This document shows, in pieces, positions 9,162 through 16,554 of a stretch of DNA of 64,000 nucleotides. The DNA is from Candidatus Limnocylindria bacterium (GTDB taxonomy: Bacteria; Patescibacteriota; Saccharimonadia; Saccharimonadales; JAGQNK01). Within the stretch, counting starts at the first letter, position 1, and each line of letters starts with the position of its first letter. The position numbers and the translations under genes were made by a program. The notes beneath the pieces are model-generated. The model was not told the DNA's origin. It ran no database searches and saw only the letters and a program-made list of their open reading frames with translations. The stretch lies in NCBI GenBank assembly GCA_035489815.1, contig DATHJH010000005.1, positions 20,406 through 84,405 of the forward strand. The letters are read 5' to 3'.

Positions 9162-10445
9162 ATGAAAAATCCCGTCTTTGCCCTGATTGACTGCAATAAC
9201 TTCTTTGTCAGCTGCGAACGTGTTTTTCGCCCCGACCTCGCCACCAAACCAGTTGCCGTACTTTCCAGCAATGACGGCTGCGTCGTGGCCCGGAGTAACG
9301 AAGTCAAGGCGCTTGGCATCCCTATGGCGGCCCCGGCATTCAAGTACCGGGAAATCTTTGACCGCCACGGCATAGTGAAGTTCAGCGCCAACTTTGAACT
9401 CTACGGCAATATGTCGCGGCGCATTACCGAGCTGCTGACCACCATCACCCCGCGCATAGAAGTCTATTCCGTGGATGAATCGTTCCTGGACCTCAGCCAG
9501 CTGGATATCCGGGACCACACAGCGTGGGGGCATAAGGTCCGGGAATCCATCCTCCAGTGGACTGGCCTCCCCGTATCTATAGGGATCGCACCCAGCAAGT
9601 CCCTGGCCAAACTGGCCAGTGACCGCGGCAAGAAAGTACCAGCTCTTGATGGTGTACTAAGTTTGATGGGCAACCCAGAAACAGACTGGCATTTGAGCCA
9701 AGTACCCGTGGGCGACGTCTGGGGCATTGGCTGGCGGCTAGCGCCTAAAATGAGGGCAGAGGGGGCGGGCACGGCCCTGCACCTGGCTCAACTCAGCCCC
9801 CAGCGGGCCCAGCAGCTCATGGGCATCCGCGGCCGGCAGTTGGTGGCGGAACTAAACGGCATCAGTTGCTTTCCGCTAGATCTAGAGCACCAAAAACCCA
9901 AAAGCATCCTACGCAGCCGAACGTTCGGAGAAGACACCTCTCTAGCCAGCGTGATAGAAGCCGCCCTAGCATCGTTTGCTACCACGGCTGCTTTTCGTTT
10001 ACGACGCAGCAGCCAACTGGCCCGCAGGGCAGGAATATTCCTAGATACCAACAAACACAAACCCGGTTTCCGCCGCTGGAGCAGGGAAGTCATCTATCAG
10101 GTACCAACCGCAGACACGGGACAACTCATTAGCGACACCATAAACCTATTCAGCCAAATCTACAGCCCCAGAATGTCCTACCACAGAGCAGGGGTGTGGC
10201 TAGGTGATTTCAGGCCGGCAGACTATCTGCAAACAGACCTGCTGGGCGCCATAGATCCGGCCAAGCATGATCGAGCCCAAGCCCGCATGCAAGCCGTAGA
10301 CGTCCTAAATGAAAGATTCGGAAAACGCACCATCCGCTACGCCACCGAGGACCTTGCCCAAAAATGGCAACCCCGGCACCACACCCGCAGCCCCCGCTAC
10401 ACCACCCGCCCGGACGAACTGCCCACGGCAAAAATAGTGCCATGA
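9162..10445 (+). CDS. umuC: Y-family DNA polymerase, UmuC-like
   Basis: From the internal Met: MKNPVFALIDCNNFFVSCERVFRPDL..PVAVLSSNDGCVVARS..YSVDESFLDL closely parallels the UmuC N-terminus. The upstream part of ORF 9018.. overlaps a repeat and looks non-coding. Confidence 0.85.
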   Translation: MKNPVFALIDCNNFFVSCERVFRPDLATKPVAVLSSNDGCVVARSNEVKALGIPMAAPAFKYREIFDRHGIVKFSANFELYGNMSRRITELLTTITPRIEVYSVDESFLDLSQLDIRDHTAWGHKVRESILQWTGLPVSIGIAPSKSLAKLASDRGKKVPALDGVLSLMGNPETDWHLSQVPVGDVWGIGWRLAPKMRAEGAGTALHLAQLSPQRAQQLMGIRGRQLVAELNGISCFPLDLEHQKPKSILRSRTFGEDTSLASVIEAALASFATTAAFRLRRSSQLARRAGIFLDTNKHKPGFRRWSREVIYQVPTADTGQLISDTINLFSQIYSPRMSYHRAGVWLGDFRPADYLQTDLLGAIDPAKHDRAQARMQAVDVLNERFGKRTIRYATEDLAQKWQPRHHTRSPRYTTRPDELPTAKIVP

Positions 10446-10511
10446 TGCCTGGAGCCTGGACGTTTCCCCTCTGTTATGGTAGTATTTACGGGTCAATTTT
10501 GCTCAAAATTC

Positions 10512-10590
10512 GGCCTCACCGTCTAACGCTTCGGGTAATCATGAGGTACCGGGTAATCTGGTGTCGTGACCGCTGGACAAGGTAGTTACT
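10512..10590 (+). repeat. tRNA-Glu-derived sequence, copy A1 (mini-helix-like)
   Basis: The 30-nt ggcctcaccgtctaacgcttcgggtaatca mimics the tRNA 5' acceptor and D arm. It is followed directly by tgaggtacc, which resembles the 3' acceptor strand. Confidence 0.6.
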
Positions 10591-10609
10591 TAAAAATTCA
10601 AAAACACAT

Positions 10610-10688
10610 GGCCTCACCGTCTAACGCTTCGGGTAATCAATAGACACCAGGAAACCTGGTGGCATAACCGTTAGACAGTGGCTACCCT
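10610..10688 (+). repeat. tRNA-Glu-derived sequence, copy A2 (pseudo-tRNA-like)
   Basis: Identical 30-nt 5' block, then gacaccagg-aaa-cctggtg: the tRNA anticodon stem with a collapsed loop. Then ccgttagac, which pairs with gtctaacg. Confidence 0.6.
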
Positions 10689-10707
10689 TACAATAGAAAC
10701 ATTACGC

Positions 10708-10782
10708 GGCCTCATCGTCTAACGGTTAGGACACCAGGTTCTCATCCTGGCAATCGGGGTTCGATTCCCCGTGAGGTCACCA
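10708..10782 (+). tRNA. tRNA-Glu (anticodon CUC), CCA encoded
   Basis: Hand-folded cloverleaf: acceptor GGCCTCA/TGAGGTC, D arm GTCT-AACGGTTA-GGAC, anticodon arm CCAGG-TTCTCAT-CCTGG, T arm CGGGG-TTCGATT-CCCCG, then ACCA. Confidence 0.85.
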
Positions 10783-10916
10783 TACGGAACAATCAATTTT
10801 CAGAGAAGAAGGAAGTTTCCAGAAATATTCCTTCTTTTCTTCTTATGACCAATGCGCTAACCCCACCTCTGTTAGTCTGAGTTTCGGTTCCTTTAGGGCG
10901 GTAGCTATGCTTTTGT

Positions 10917-10925
10917 TGGTATAAT
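10917..10925 (+). promoter_or_regulatory. extended -10 element TGGTATAAT
   Basis: Ends 8 nt before the ATG at 10934 with no room for an SD, implying a leaderless or near-leaderless mRNA. Confidence 0.45.
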
Positions 10926-10933
10926 GGCTCCTG

Positions 10934-11365
10934 ATGTATATTGCAAATAAAGGTGCCTACCAGAAGCTTGCACATATCCGGTTGGATGAGGCCAAGCTGC
11001 TATTTGCGCAAGGACACTACTGCGGCGCTTTCTACCTTACGGGTTACTCTATTGAATGTGCACTGAAAGCAAAGATTGCAAAAAATTTACGAAAGATTGA
11101 TATCCCCGACCACAAAGTAGTAGAAAAGCACTTCACCCATAATTTACAGGATCTGCTTAGTCAGTCTGAGTTAAATGCAAAGCTTGGTAGGGCCTCCAAG
11201 CGAAACTCTCAACTTAGCGTAAACTGGGATATTATTGCAGGGTTGAATGGGTGGAGTGAAGAAAGTCGCTATAATGAGAGTGTGACAGAAGCAGAAGCCC
11301 AAAAGCTCCTAAATGCTGTTGATGATCCTAAAAATGGAATACTACAATGGATAGAAAAGAACTAA
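10934..11365 (+). CDS. HEPN-domain protein
   Basis: 143 aa. YSIECALKAKIA ... THNLQDLL ... EESRYNE matches the E..LKA / H.L..L / R.Y pattern of classical HEPN domains. Confidence 0.65.
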   Translation: MYIANKGAYQKLAHIRLDEAKLLFAQGHYCGAFYLTGYSIECALKAKIAKNLRKIDIPDHKVVEKHFTHNLQDLLSQSELNAKLGRASKRNSQLSVNWDIIAGLNGWSEESRYNESVTEAEAQKLLNAVDDPKNGILQWIEKN

Positions 11366-11730
11366 GAGAAGATTATATTGAATTGGGCAAAAAAGTCTTA
11401 GAAGGGCTTAATTCTGATTTTGCCGTCACTTCGGCATTTTGGTTCTTACTACCTGATTCTGGCTGGCGTTTTGTAGTTGCAACTCCCGTCTTAGACAGGG
11501 ATGGTCCCGCTAAGGCCTACGAGACGCTTCAAACTAAATTATCCGCAATACTAGGAACAGACAACTCATTCATTAATAATGTGTCGGTTGTTAGCCCAAG
11601 TAATTCTCTAATTAAATTGTTAAAGTCTGCTATAAATACAGGGCCTGATTCTATATCAGGGATTAGATTCACTGGGAACGTTATCAACAGCCAGTATATA
11701 GAGGGTGCCTACATATATCGCATTTCTTAA
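11347..11730 (+). CDS. hypothetical protein, translationally coupled partner of the HEPN gene
   Basis: 127 aa. Overlaps the HEPN gene by 19 nt. No nucleotidyltransferase GS..D.D motif seen. Confidence 0.5.
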   Translation: MDRKELREDYIELGKKVLEGLNSDFAVTSAFWFLLPDSGWRFVVATPVLDRDGPAKAYETLQTKLSAILGTDNSFINNVSVVSPSNSLIKLLKSAINTGPDSISGIRFTGNVINSQYIEGAYIYRIS

Positions 11731-11792
11731 GCTTCGGTTCTAAAGGTCGTCACCCTAAGCGAATTTAAATTCTAGAGACAACTCCGGCAAGG

Positions 11793-12350
11793 CTAACTTT
11801 GCTTGAGGTAGTGATTAAGAATAATAGGGAGCAGCTTCAGGGACAATTCTCTGCTATAACTCAATATCCAAGCCAAAGATTTGCTTATTTTACTCCAATC
11901 GGCGTGTGGCTTTTCAATCTCGGTTTTTATCTCTTTTAGCTTTTCTTTTTCTTCTTTTGTTTGGGCGCTTTCAATGAGATTATCGATCGAAAAGTTAATT
12001 TTAATGTCAATGTTACTGGTATTTTGATTGTTAACGATTATCGCAGCTTGCGATTGCTGTTGGTTTGGGTCAAACTCAAATTCTGCATTAAGCTGATTCA
12101 CAATTCCACTCAGCTTCATCTTGACGAGAGATCCATCGAATCCGTATTCGTTAAATGTATATTCGCTACGCTCAACTTTGAAATGTGAGTAGTCGTTTCT
12201 GGCTACTGTGGATAGCTCGTCGCATATCTTATCCAATCTTTCGGCAATGTGGGTGGGAGCGTTAAAGCCGCTGGGTTCGGGGATAGTGTCGAGATAGCCC
12301 CTTAGCTCAGCGTAGAATCGTTTAACTTTTGCTCTATCTATGTCTGCCAT
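11793..12350 (-). CDS. hypothetical protein (third gene of Shedu-like operon)
   Basis: 185 aa. Its start overlaps the upstream gene's end by 13 nt. Asn/Gln-rich middle and a Lys/Glu-rich helix. Confidence 0.5.
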   Translation of the reverse strand: MADIDRAKVKRFYAELRGYLDTIPEPSGFNAPTHIAERLDKICDELSTVARNDYSHFKVERSEYTFNEYGFDGSLVKMKLSGIVNQLNAEFEFDPNQQQSQAAIIVNNQNTSNIDIKINFSIDNLIESAQTKEEKEKLKEIKTEIEKPHADWSKISKSLAWILSYSRELSLKLLPIILNHYLKQS

Positions 12351-12637
12351 CGCTTCAAAAGCTCCTCTGTGTGTTTAAGTTTTTCAATAAGGCGTTTTCT
12401 TTCAGCTTCAAGGTTGGACCAAAGCTGTTGCTCTGGATGTCTTTGATTCAGCAGATCGTGAAACTCGTTCAAGGCTATGCCAGCCTTAGTCCGCCATTTA
12501 GAGTATTCGAGCAGCTCCTTTTCGGTAGTAATCTTGCCTAGTTTGCCTTGCTCAACCCAATGGGCGAGACTCAATCGGCGAGCTTTTTGCTGAAGTTCTC
12601 GAAATTCTGCCAGCTTCCTTTTAATATCTTCTTCCAT
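12338..12637 (-). CDS. hypothetical helical protein (second gene of Shedu-like operon)
   Basis: 99 aa, charged coiled-coil-like. Starts 4 nt after the upstream stop. Confidence 0.5.
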   Translation of the reverse strand: MEEDIKRKLAEFRELQQKARRLSLAHWVEQGKLGKITTEKELLEYSKWRTKAGIALNEFHDLLNQRHPEQQLWSNLEAERKRLIEKLKHTEELLKRWQT

Positions 12638-12640
12638 CGA

Positions 12641-13909
12641 TCACCCCTTCGCTTTATCGCCCATAATAATTTGGCGAAGTCCTTTCAGCTTGTGCAACAC
12701 CTCGTCGAAGGTAACTATCTCTACGTCCTTGCTGTTACTGCGAAGAAGTTCAAACGACTTGCGCTGTTTGGCGGACATTCCTTTGAGCATCCCAGCTACG
12801 ACGACGCATTTTGGATTGTAGGCTTCAAAGGCCTCCTCAGAGTTGCTACGTAGGTTGTAGAATTCTTTTTGTAGATTATCTCTTTGATCAAGAACCTGGT
12901 TGGTCGCGCCGCTCAACTCTTTATCTGCAGCAAATACATCATTTCCACGATATATTTGTTTTTTGAGCAAGGGAGTTCGATGGGTCTTGATCTCAATGAT
13001 GGCGACATTGTCTGTAAATTTGTTTTTATAGATAAAGTCGGTGACCTTGCCTTTCTTGTTGTCTATGCCCTTACCCCCTACGTAAGCCTTGTCCTGAAAG
13101 AATAAAACTGCAGATGTGAATAGTTGCGAAAAAATCCAGTTATACTTTTTGAAAAACTTTTGCCACTTTTCTTCCAGGCCATCAGTCTCAGTCTTTTGTT
13201 TTAGGAGTTCCTCAAATTCTTCTATAACGGCCTCGATATAAAACTCTTCAATTCTTTCTCGTGTCCTGAGAACAGCGCCCTCGTTATCAAGCAGATTGTC
13301 CTGAGCAGTCTTTTGTGCCAACCCAAGAATCGCATCTACGTCACCCGCTGACAACATTTCTGGTGTGATTTTACTGCGGTGTATATAGGCTCCAAGCCCA
13401 CCACCCACATATTTCACTTTTGGTGGTTTAAAGTCGGCAGGAAAAAGCGATGACAAGGAGACGGCTGCCTGAATATTTAACTCTTTTGAATGTCTGTCAA
13501 AAAGGGCGGATAGCTTCGGAAACTCTTGATCGAGTCTTTTGGCGTTGATGACTATCCTTGTGGGCCCTATGACACTGGGAAGATTCGGACTAATGACTAG
13601 CTCCTCAAGCTGACGGTCCTCAAACAGCACATTAGCCAATCGAGATAGGATTCGAGTGAATCCGTATCCACGACCCGGTGCTGTACTGAAACCCCGTTGA
13701 AGCTCGTCGGGCATATCTTTGAATACGAAACGCTTCACAGGATATTTCGGCTGACCGTCTCTGCGGAAGGGGTAGTGGATTACTTGTTCTCTGGTCTTGA
13801 AGACTTCTCGCGACTTAACTCGGATGTTATTGCGCTCGTCAATATATTCGTAGACCGTTTTCGTCTTCAGGTCTTTAGCGATTGTCTCGTATGGTTTTCT
13901 TGGTTTCAT
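12641..13909 (-). CDS. Shedu-like nuclease (SduA/DUF4263-type C-terminal domain)
   Basis: 422 aa. The C-terminal half carries a PD-(D/E)xK-like core GKVTDFIY...VAIIEIKTHRTPLL, then NQVLDQRDNL and VVVAGM...VEIVTFDEV, as I recall for DUF4263. Confidence 0.6.
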   Translation of the reverse strand: MKPRKPYETIAKDLKTKTVYEYIDERNNIRVKSREVFKTREQVIHYPFRRDGQPKYPVKRFVFKDMPDELQRGFSTAPGRGYGFTRILSRLANVLFEDRQLEELVISPNLPSVIGPTRIVINAKRLDQEFPKLSALFDRHSKELNIQAAVSLSSLFPADFKPPKVKYVGGGLGAYIHRSKITPEMLSAGDVDAILGLAQKTAQDNLLDNEGAVLRTRERIEEFYIEAVIEEFEELLKQKTETDGLEEKWQKFFKKYNWIFSQLFTSAVLFFQDKAYVGGKGIDNKKGKVTDFIYKNKFTDNVAIIEIKTHRTPLLKKQIYRGNDVFAADKELSGATNQVLDQRDNLQKEFYNLRSNSEEAFEAYNPKCVVVAGMLKGMSAKQRKSFELLRSNSKDVEIVTFDEVLHKLKGLRQIIMGDKAKG

Positions 13910-14097
13910 CCTACCTTTATTTTACGCCTACAGAATATGCCTTAGCAACGTTATTGACTCGAAAGCAAAAAGCATAAGCAGTATGACACTCCAAGGGTAG
14001 CGAATCTCTGAGTCGTTTCTCCAGGCTTAGAATGCGAGGACATATGGTATTCCAGTTTTTGGCCCTGTGGGGCACTTTTCTTGGTTATTTCTTGAGC

Positions 14098-14259
14098 ATC
14101 GAACCCCGATTGCCCAATCGGGCGAGAACAGCCGGTGCTGTTCGCAAGGAAGCCTTCCGAGGGCAACTGGTTGCCATACGCGCAAGTTTCGGGCTCGCTG
14201 AAGGTGAGTCGATCCCCCGTGAGGTCACCAGTATTTTTCGACAACTACTTAATCTTGGC
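14098..14259 (+). repeat. structured repeat R1, carrying two tRNA-Glu fragments
   Basis: 14098-14114 is the reverse complement of tRNA ggcaatcggggttcgat (17/17). 14208-14230 matches the tRNA 3' end ttcgattccccgtgaggtcacca at 21/23. The remainder aligns with R2 at 15001. Confidence 0.7.
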
Positions 14260-14293
14260 ATAATTGCCAGGCTCTTGTATATGTAATACACTG

Positions 14294-14302
14294 TGTTACA
14301 AT
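14294..14302 (+). promoter_or_regulatory. extended -10 element TGTTACAAT
   Basis: Ends 6 nt before the brnT ATG, implying a leaderless transcript. Confidence 0.4.
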
Positions 14303-14308
14303 CGACAT

Positions 14309-14590
14309 ATGGTGCAATACGACTGGAACGATGCCAAAAGCCGCCAGCTCAAACAGCGTCATGGCGTTAGCTTTCAGGATATCAAGGCTGCTATAGGCTC
14401 CGGCCACCTACTCGATGACATAGAGCACCACAACCCCCACACCTACCCTCATCAGCGGATTCTAGTTGTCGCCGTCAATAACTATGTATATGTCGTTCCC
14501 TACGTCCGTAACGGCACTATCACATTTCTCAAGACAATTTATCCTAGCCGTAAATTAAACAAAAGGTATCAAAGGAGTAAGTCACCATGA
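14309..14590 (+). CDS. brnT: BrnT-family toxin (DUF497)
   Basis: From the internal Met: MVQYDWNDAKSRQLKQRHGVSFQDIKAA...RILVVAVNNYVYVVPY is typical of BrnT. Overlaps the antitoxin gene by 4 nt. Confidence 0.8.
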   Translation: MVQYDWNDAKSRQLKQRHGVSFQDIKAAIGSGHLLDDIEHHNPHTYPHQRILVVAVNNYVYVVPYVRNGTITFLKTIYPSRKLNKRYQRSKSP

Positions 14591-14856
14591 CCCAAAGCGA
14601 CCTCACTAAAGAAGAGCAAGAAGACCTTCGGGTTATAGAAGATGCTATAGAAAAAGGAGAGTATCGCTCTGTCCTTACACCGGAGCGCCGCCGCGAATTA
14701 GAGCAAGCCGCGAGCAAGCCGCGCGAGCGCAAACAATTGGTGACACTTAGGGTAGCACCGGCCGACCTAGCTAAGCTCAAGCGCAAGGCCGAACATGAAG
14801 GCTTGGCCCCCACTACTTACATGGCCTCAGTGTTGCACAAGACAGCTGTGCAGTAG
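14587..14856 (+). CDS. brnA: BrnA-type antitoxin (RHH/CopG-like C-terminus)
   Basis: 89 aa. VTLRVAPADLAKLKRKAEHEGLAPTTYMASVLHK resembles a ribbon-helix-helix, and the gene is paired with brnT. Confidence 0.75.
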   Translation: MTQSDLTKEEQEDLRVIEDAIEKGEYRSVLTPERRRELEQAASKPRERKQLVTLRVAPADLAKLKRKAEHEGLAPTTYMASVLHKTAVQ

Positions 14857-14956
14857 CGCGTCGTTAATTCTAAGCTCTCCAGCTCCTTCTGCAAAAGATA
14901 TAGACCAGGCAGCAGAGAGTTCCACCTTTTATCCAGGTGGGTCACCAAATCAAGAG

Positions 14957-14979
14957 CCGGTCTGCAAAGACGGGTTTTT
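14957..14979 (+). terminator. rho-independent terminator after brnTA
   Basis: ccggtct-gcaa-agacggg followed by ttttt. Confidence 0.55.
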
Positions 14980-15000
14980 GATTGGTGTTTTCTGGAAATG

Positions 15001-15142
15001 ACCCCGATTGCCCAATCGGGTGAGACATGCCACAGGCATGTCTCAAGGAAACCTTCTGGGGCAAGCTGTGCTTGCCGCCGTGAAGTTTTCGGGCCTGTTG
15101 CATTGTGCCGCTACAATTTTTTACCTACTACTTAGCTCTTGC
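15001..15142 (+). repeat. structured repeat R2
   Basis: Shares accccgattgcccaatcggg.gaga, caagga.ccttc..gggcaa, aagttt(t)cgggc and ctacttaRctcttg blocks with R1. The intervening hairpins differ in sequence but stay perfectly paired. Confidence 0.7.
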
Positions 15143-15292
15143 GAAAGGGGCAAATCCGGATAGTTTTCGACTGGAAGACCCTCGCTTTGCTCGTGCCGAA
15201 AAGTATATGAAATTGTAGACAGAAAGTACTGTATAAAAATATACAGATGTTATTGACTACTGTATAGTTTTAGATGTAGACTATACAGTACT

Positions 15293-16399
15293 ATGGTTGA
15301 TCCAAAAAAACCGTTCAATAACCTTCCTACTCTTCCCCCAAAGAGCTTTCTGTTTGATGACTCGGCCATTCTCAAGGCTTCCATGAGTGCTTCCCAGGCC
15401 ATAGCATCACTAAATGCCACAATTCGGGCGGACGTGAGCAACGTTAATCATAGTCTGAATATGATGTCTCCGCTCTACGTGCCCGAAGCCGTTACAAGTT
15501 CCGGGGTTGAGAATATCATTACGACCAATGAACGAGTATACGAAGCCCGTTTGCTCGACGAAAACGATGTTAAACCCCAAGACAAAGAAGTCATGAGGTA
15601 TGTTGAGGCATTGGCTATGGGTATAGCCGAACTCGACAAGAGAGACTTCCTGGCCACAAACCAGTATATTGCTATTCAAAAAACCCTTGAGCCCTCAAAG
15701 ACAGGAATTCGCAAGATACCAGGAACGCAACTCTCAAATCCTAAAACCGGGCAAATTTACTACACGCCGCCAGATAATGAGCAGGATATTCGACGTTTGC
15801 TCAAAAACTTTGAAGAATATTTTAACGAAGAAGCGCCAAAGCACGAGATCTTTGCACGGGCTGCACTGCTACACTATCAGTTTGAAGCGATTCATCCTTT
15901 TCATGATGGCAATGGGCGTACGGGACGTATGCTTATACCTCTATACCTAACTAAGCAGAATGTCTTAGATGCGCCACTTTTATTTGTAAGTAAATTTATT
16001 CTTGAAAACAGAGACAACTACTACAAACTACTTCGAAATGTAACGTTTAAGGAAGACTGGAAGAGTTGGGTGCTCTATATGCTCGAAGCTTTTGAGCGGC
16101 AGGCCGAATACACGCTGGCCGTTCTCGGCAAGATAGATTTCTTCAAGAAGAAGCTTGAGAAAAAGCTCAATGAGGTAATGGGGCATGCTTACGCTCATGA
16201 TATTACCCAATTCCTCTATAAGCATCCTTTCTTTACTCAGGCAGAGTTCGAGGGTGCTGTAGATGTGTCGTACGTAACCGCGAGAAAATACCTCAAGCTG
16301 CTTGAAACCGAAAGGATAGTAGCTAAAAAGAGACAGGCTAAGCGTAATCGTTACATCTACACTTGCCCCGAATATATTGTGCTTTTGAAAAAGTCATAA
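15293..16399 (+). CDS. Fic-family protein with C-terminal winged-helix-like region
   Basis: 368 aa with the canonical Fic motif HPFHDGNGRTGR. Confidence 0.9.
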   Translation: MVDPKKPFNNLPTLPPKSFLFDDSAILKASMSASQAIASLNATIRADVSNVNHSLNMMSPLYVPEAVTSSGVENIITTNERVYEARLLDENDVKPQDKEVMRYVEALAMGIAELDKRDFLATNQYIAIQKTLEPSKTGIRKIPGTQLSNPKTGQIYYTPPDNEQDIRRLLKNFEEYFNEEAPKHEIFARAALLHYQFEAIHPFHDGNGRTGRMLIPLYLTKQNVLDAPLLFVSKFILENRDNYYKLLRNVTFKEDWKSWVLYMLEAFERQAEYTLAVLGKIDFFKKKLEKKLNEVMGHAYAHDITQFLYKHPFFTQAEFEGAVDVSYVTARKYLKLLETERIVAKKRQAKRNRYIYTCPEYIVLLKKS

Positions 16400-16554
16400 C
16401 CCCAGTTCTTTAAGTCGTTCACTCACCCGTATCAGGCCAGACCATAAAGTGTTCCAGTTTTGGGTCAGATGGTTCACCATAGTATGAGCATAGTAAAGTA
16501 CACGGTATATCTGTGTACTTTTATTTTTGAAGCGAAAGTGGGTTAATTAAACTC

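Noticed and set aside
14042-14075. A 34-nt similarity between 14042-14075 and 16444-16477 (at..gt.ttccagtttt.gg...) as a further cassette-boundary repeat.
   Set aside because: By eye only about 24 of 34 positions match, with a gap. That is too weak to call without a statistical alignment. It is noted only as a possible extension of the island-repeat observation.
15229-15290. SOS (LexA) boxes: CTGT...ACAG palindromes upstream of fic.
   Set aside because: The spacings are CTGT-N10-ACAG and CTGT-N21-ACAG, not the N8 of the E. coli-type box, and the gene is not a DNA-damage gene. A local operator is the more likely interpretation.
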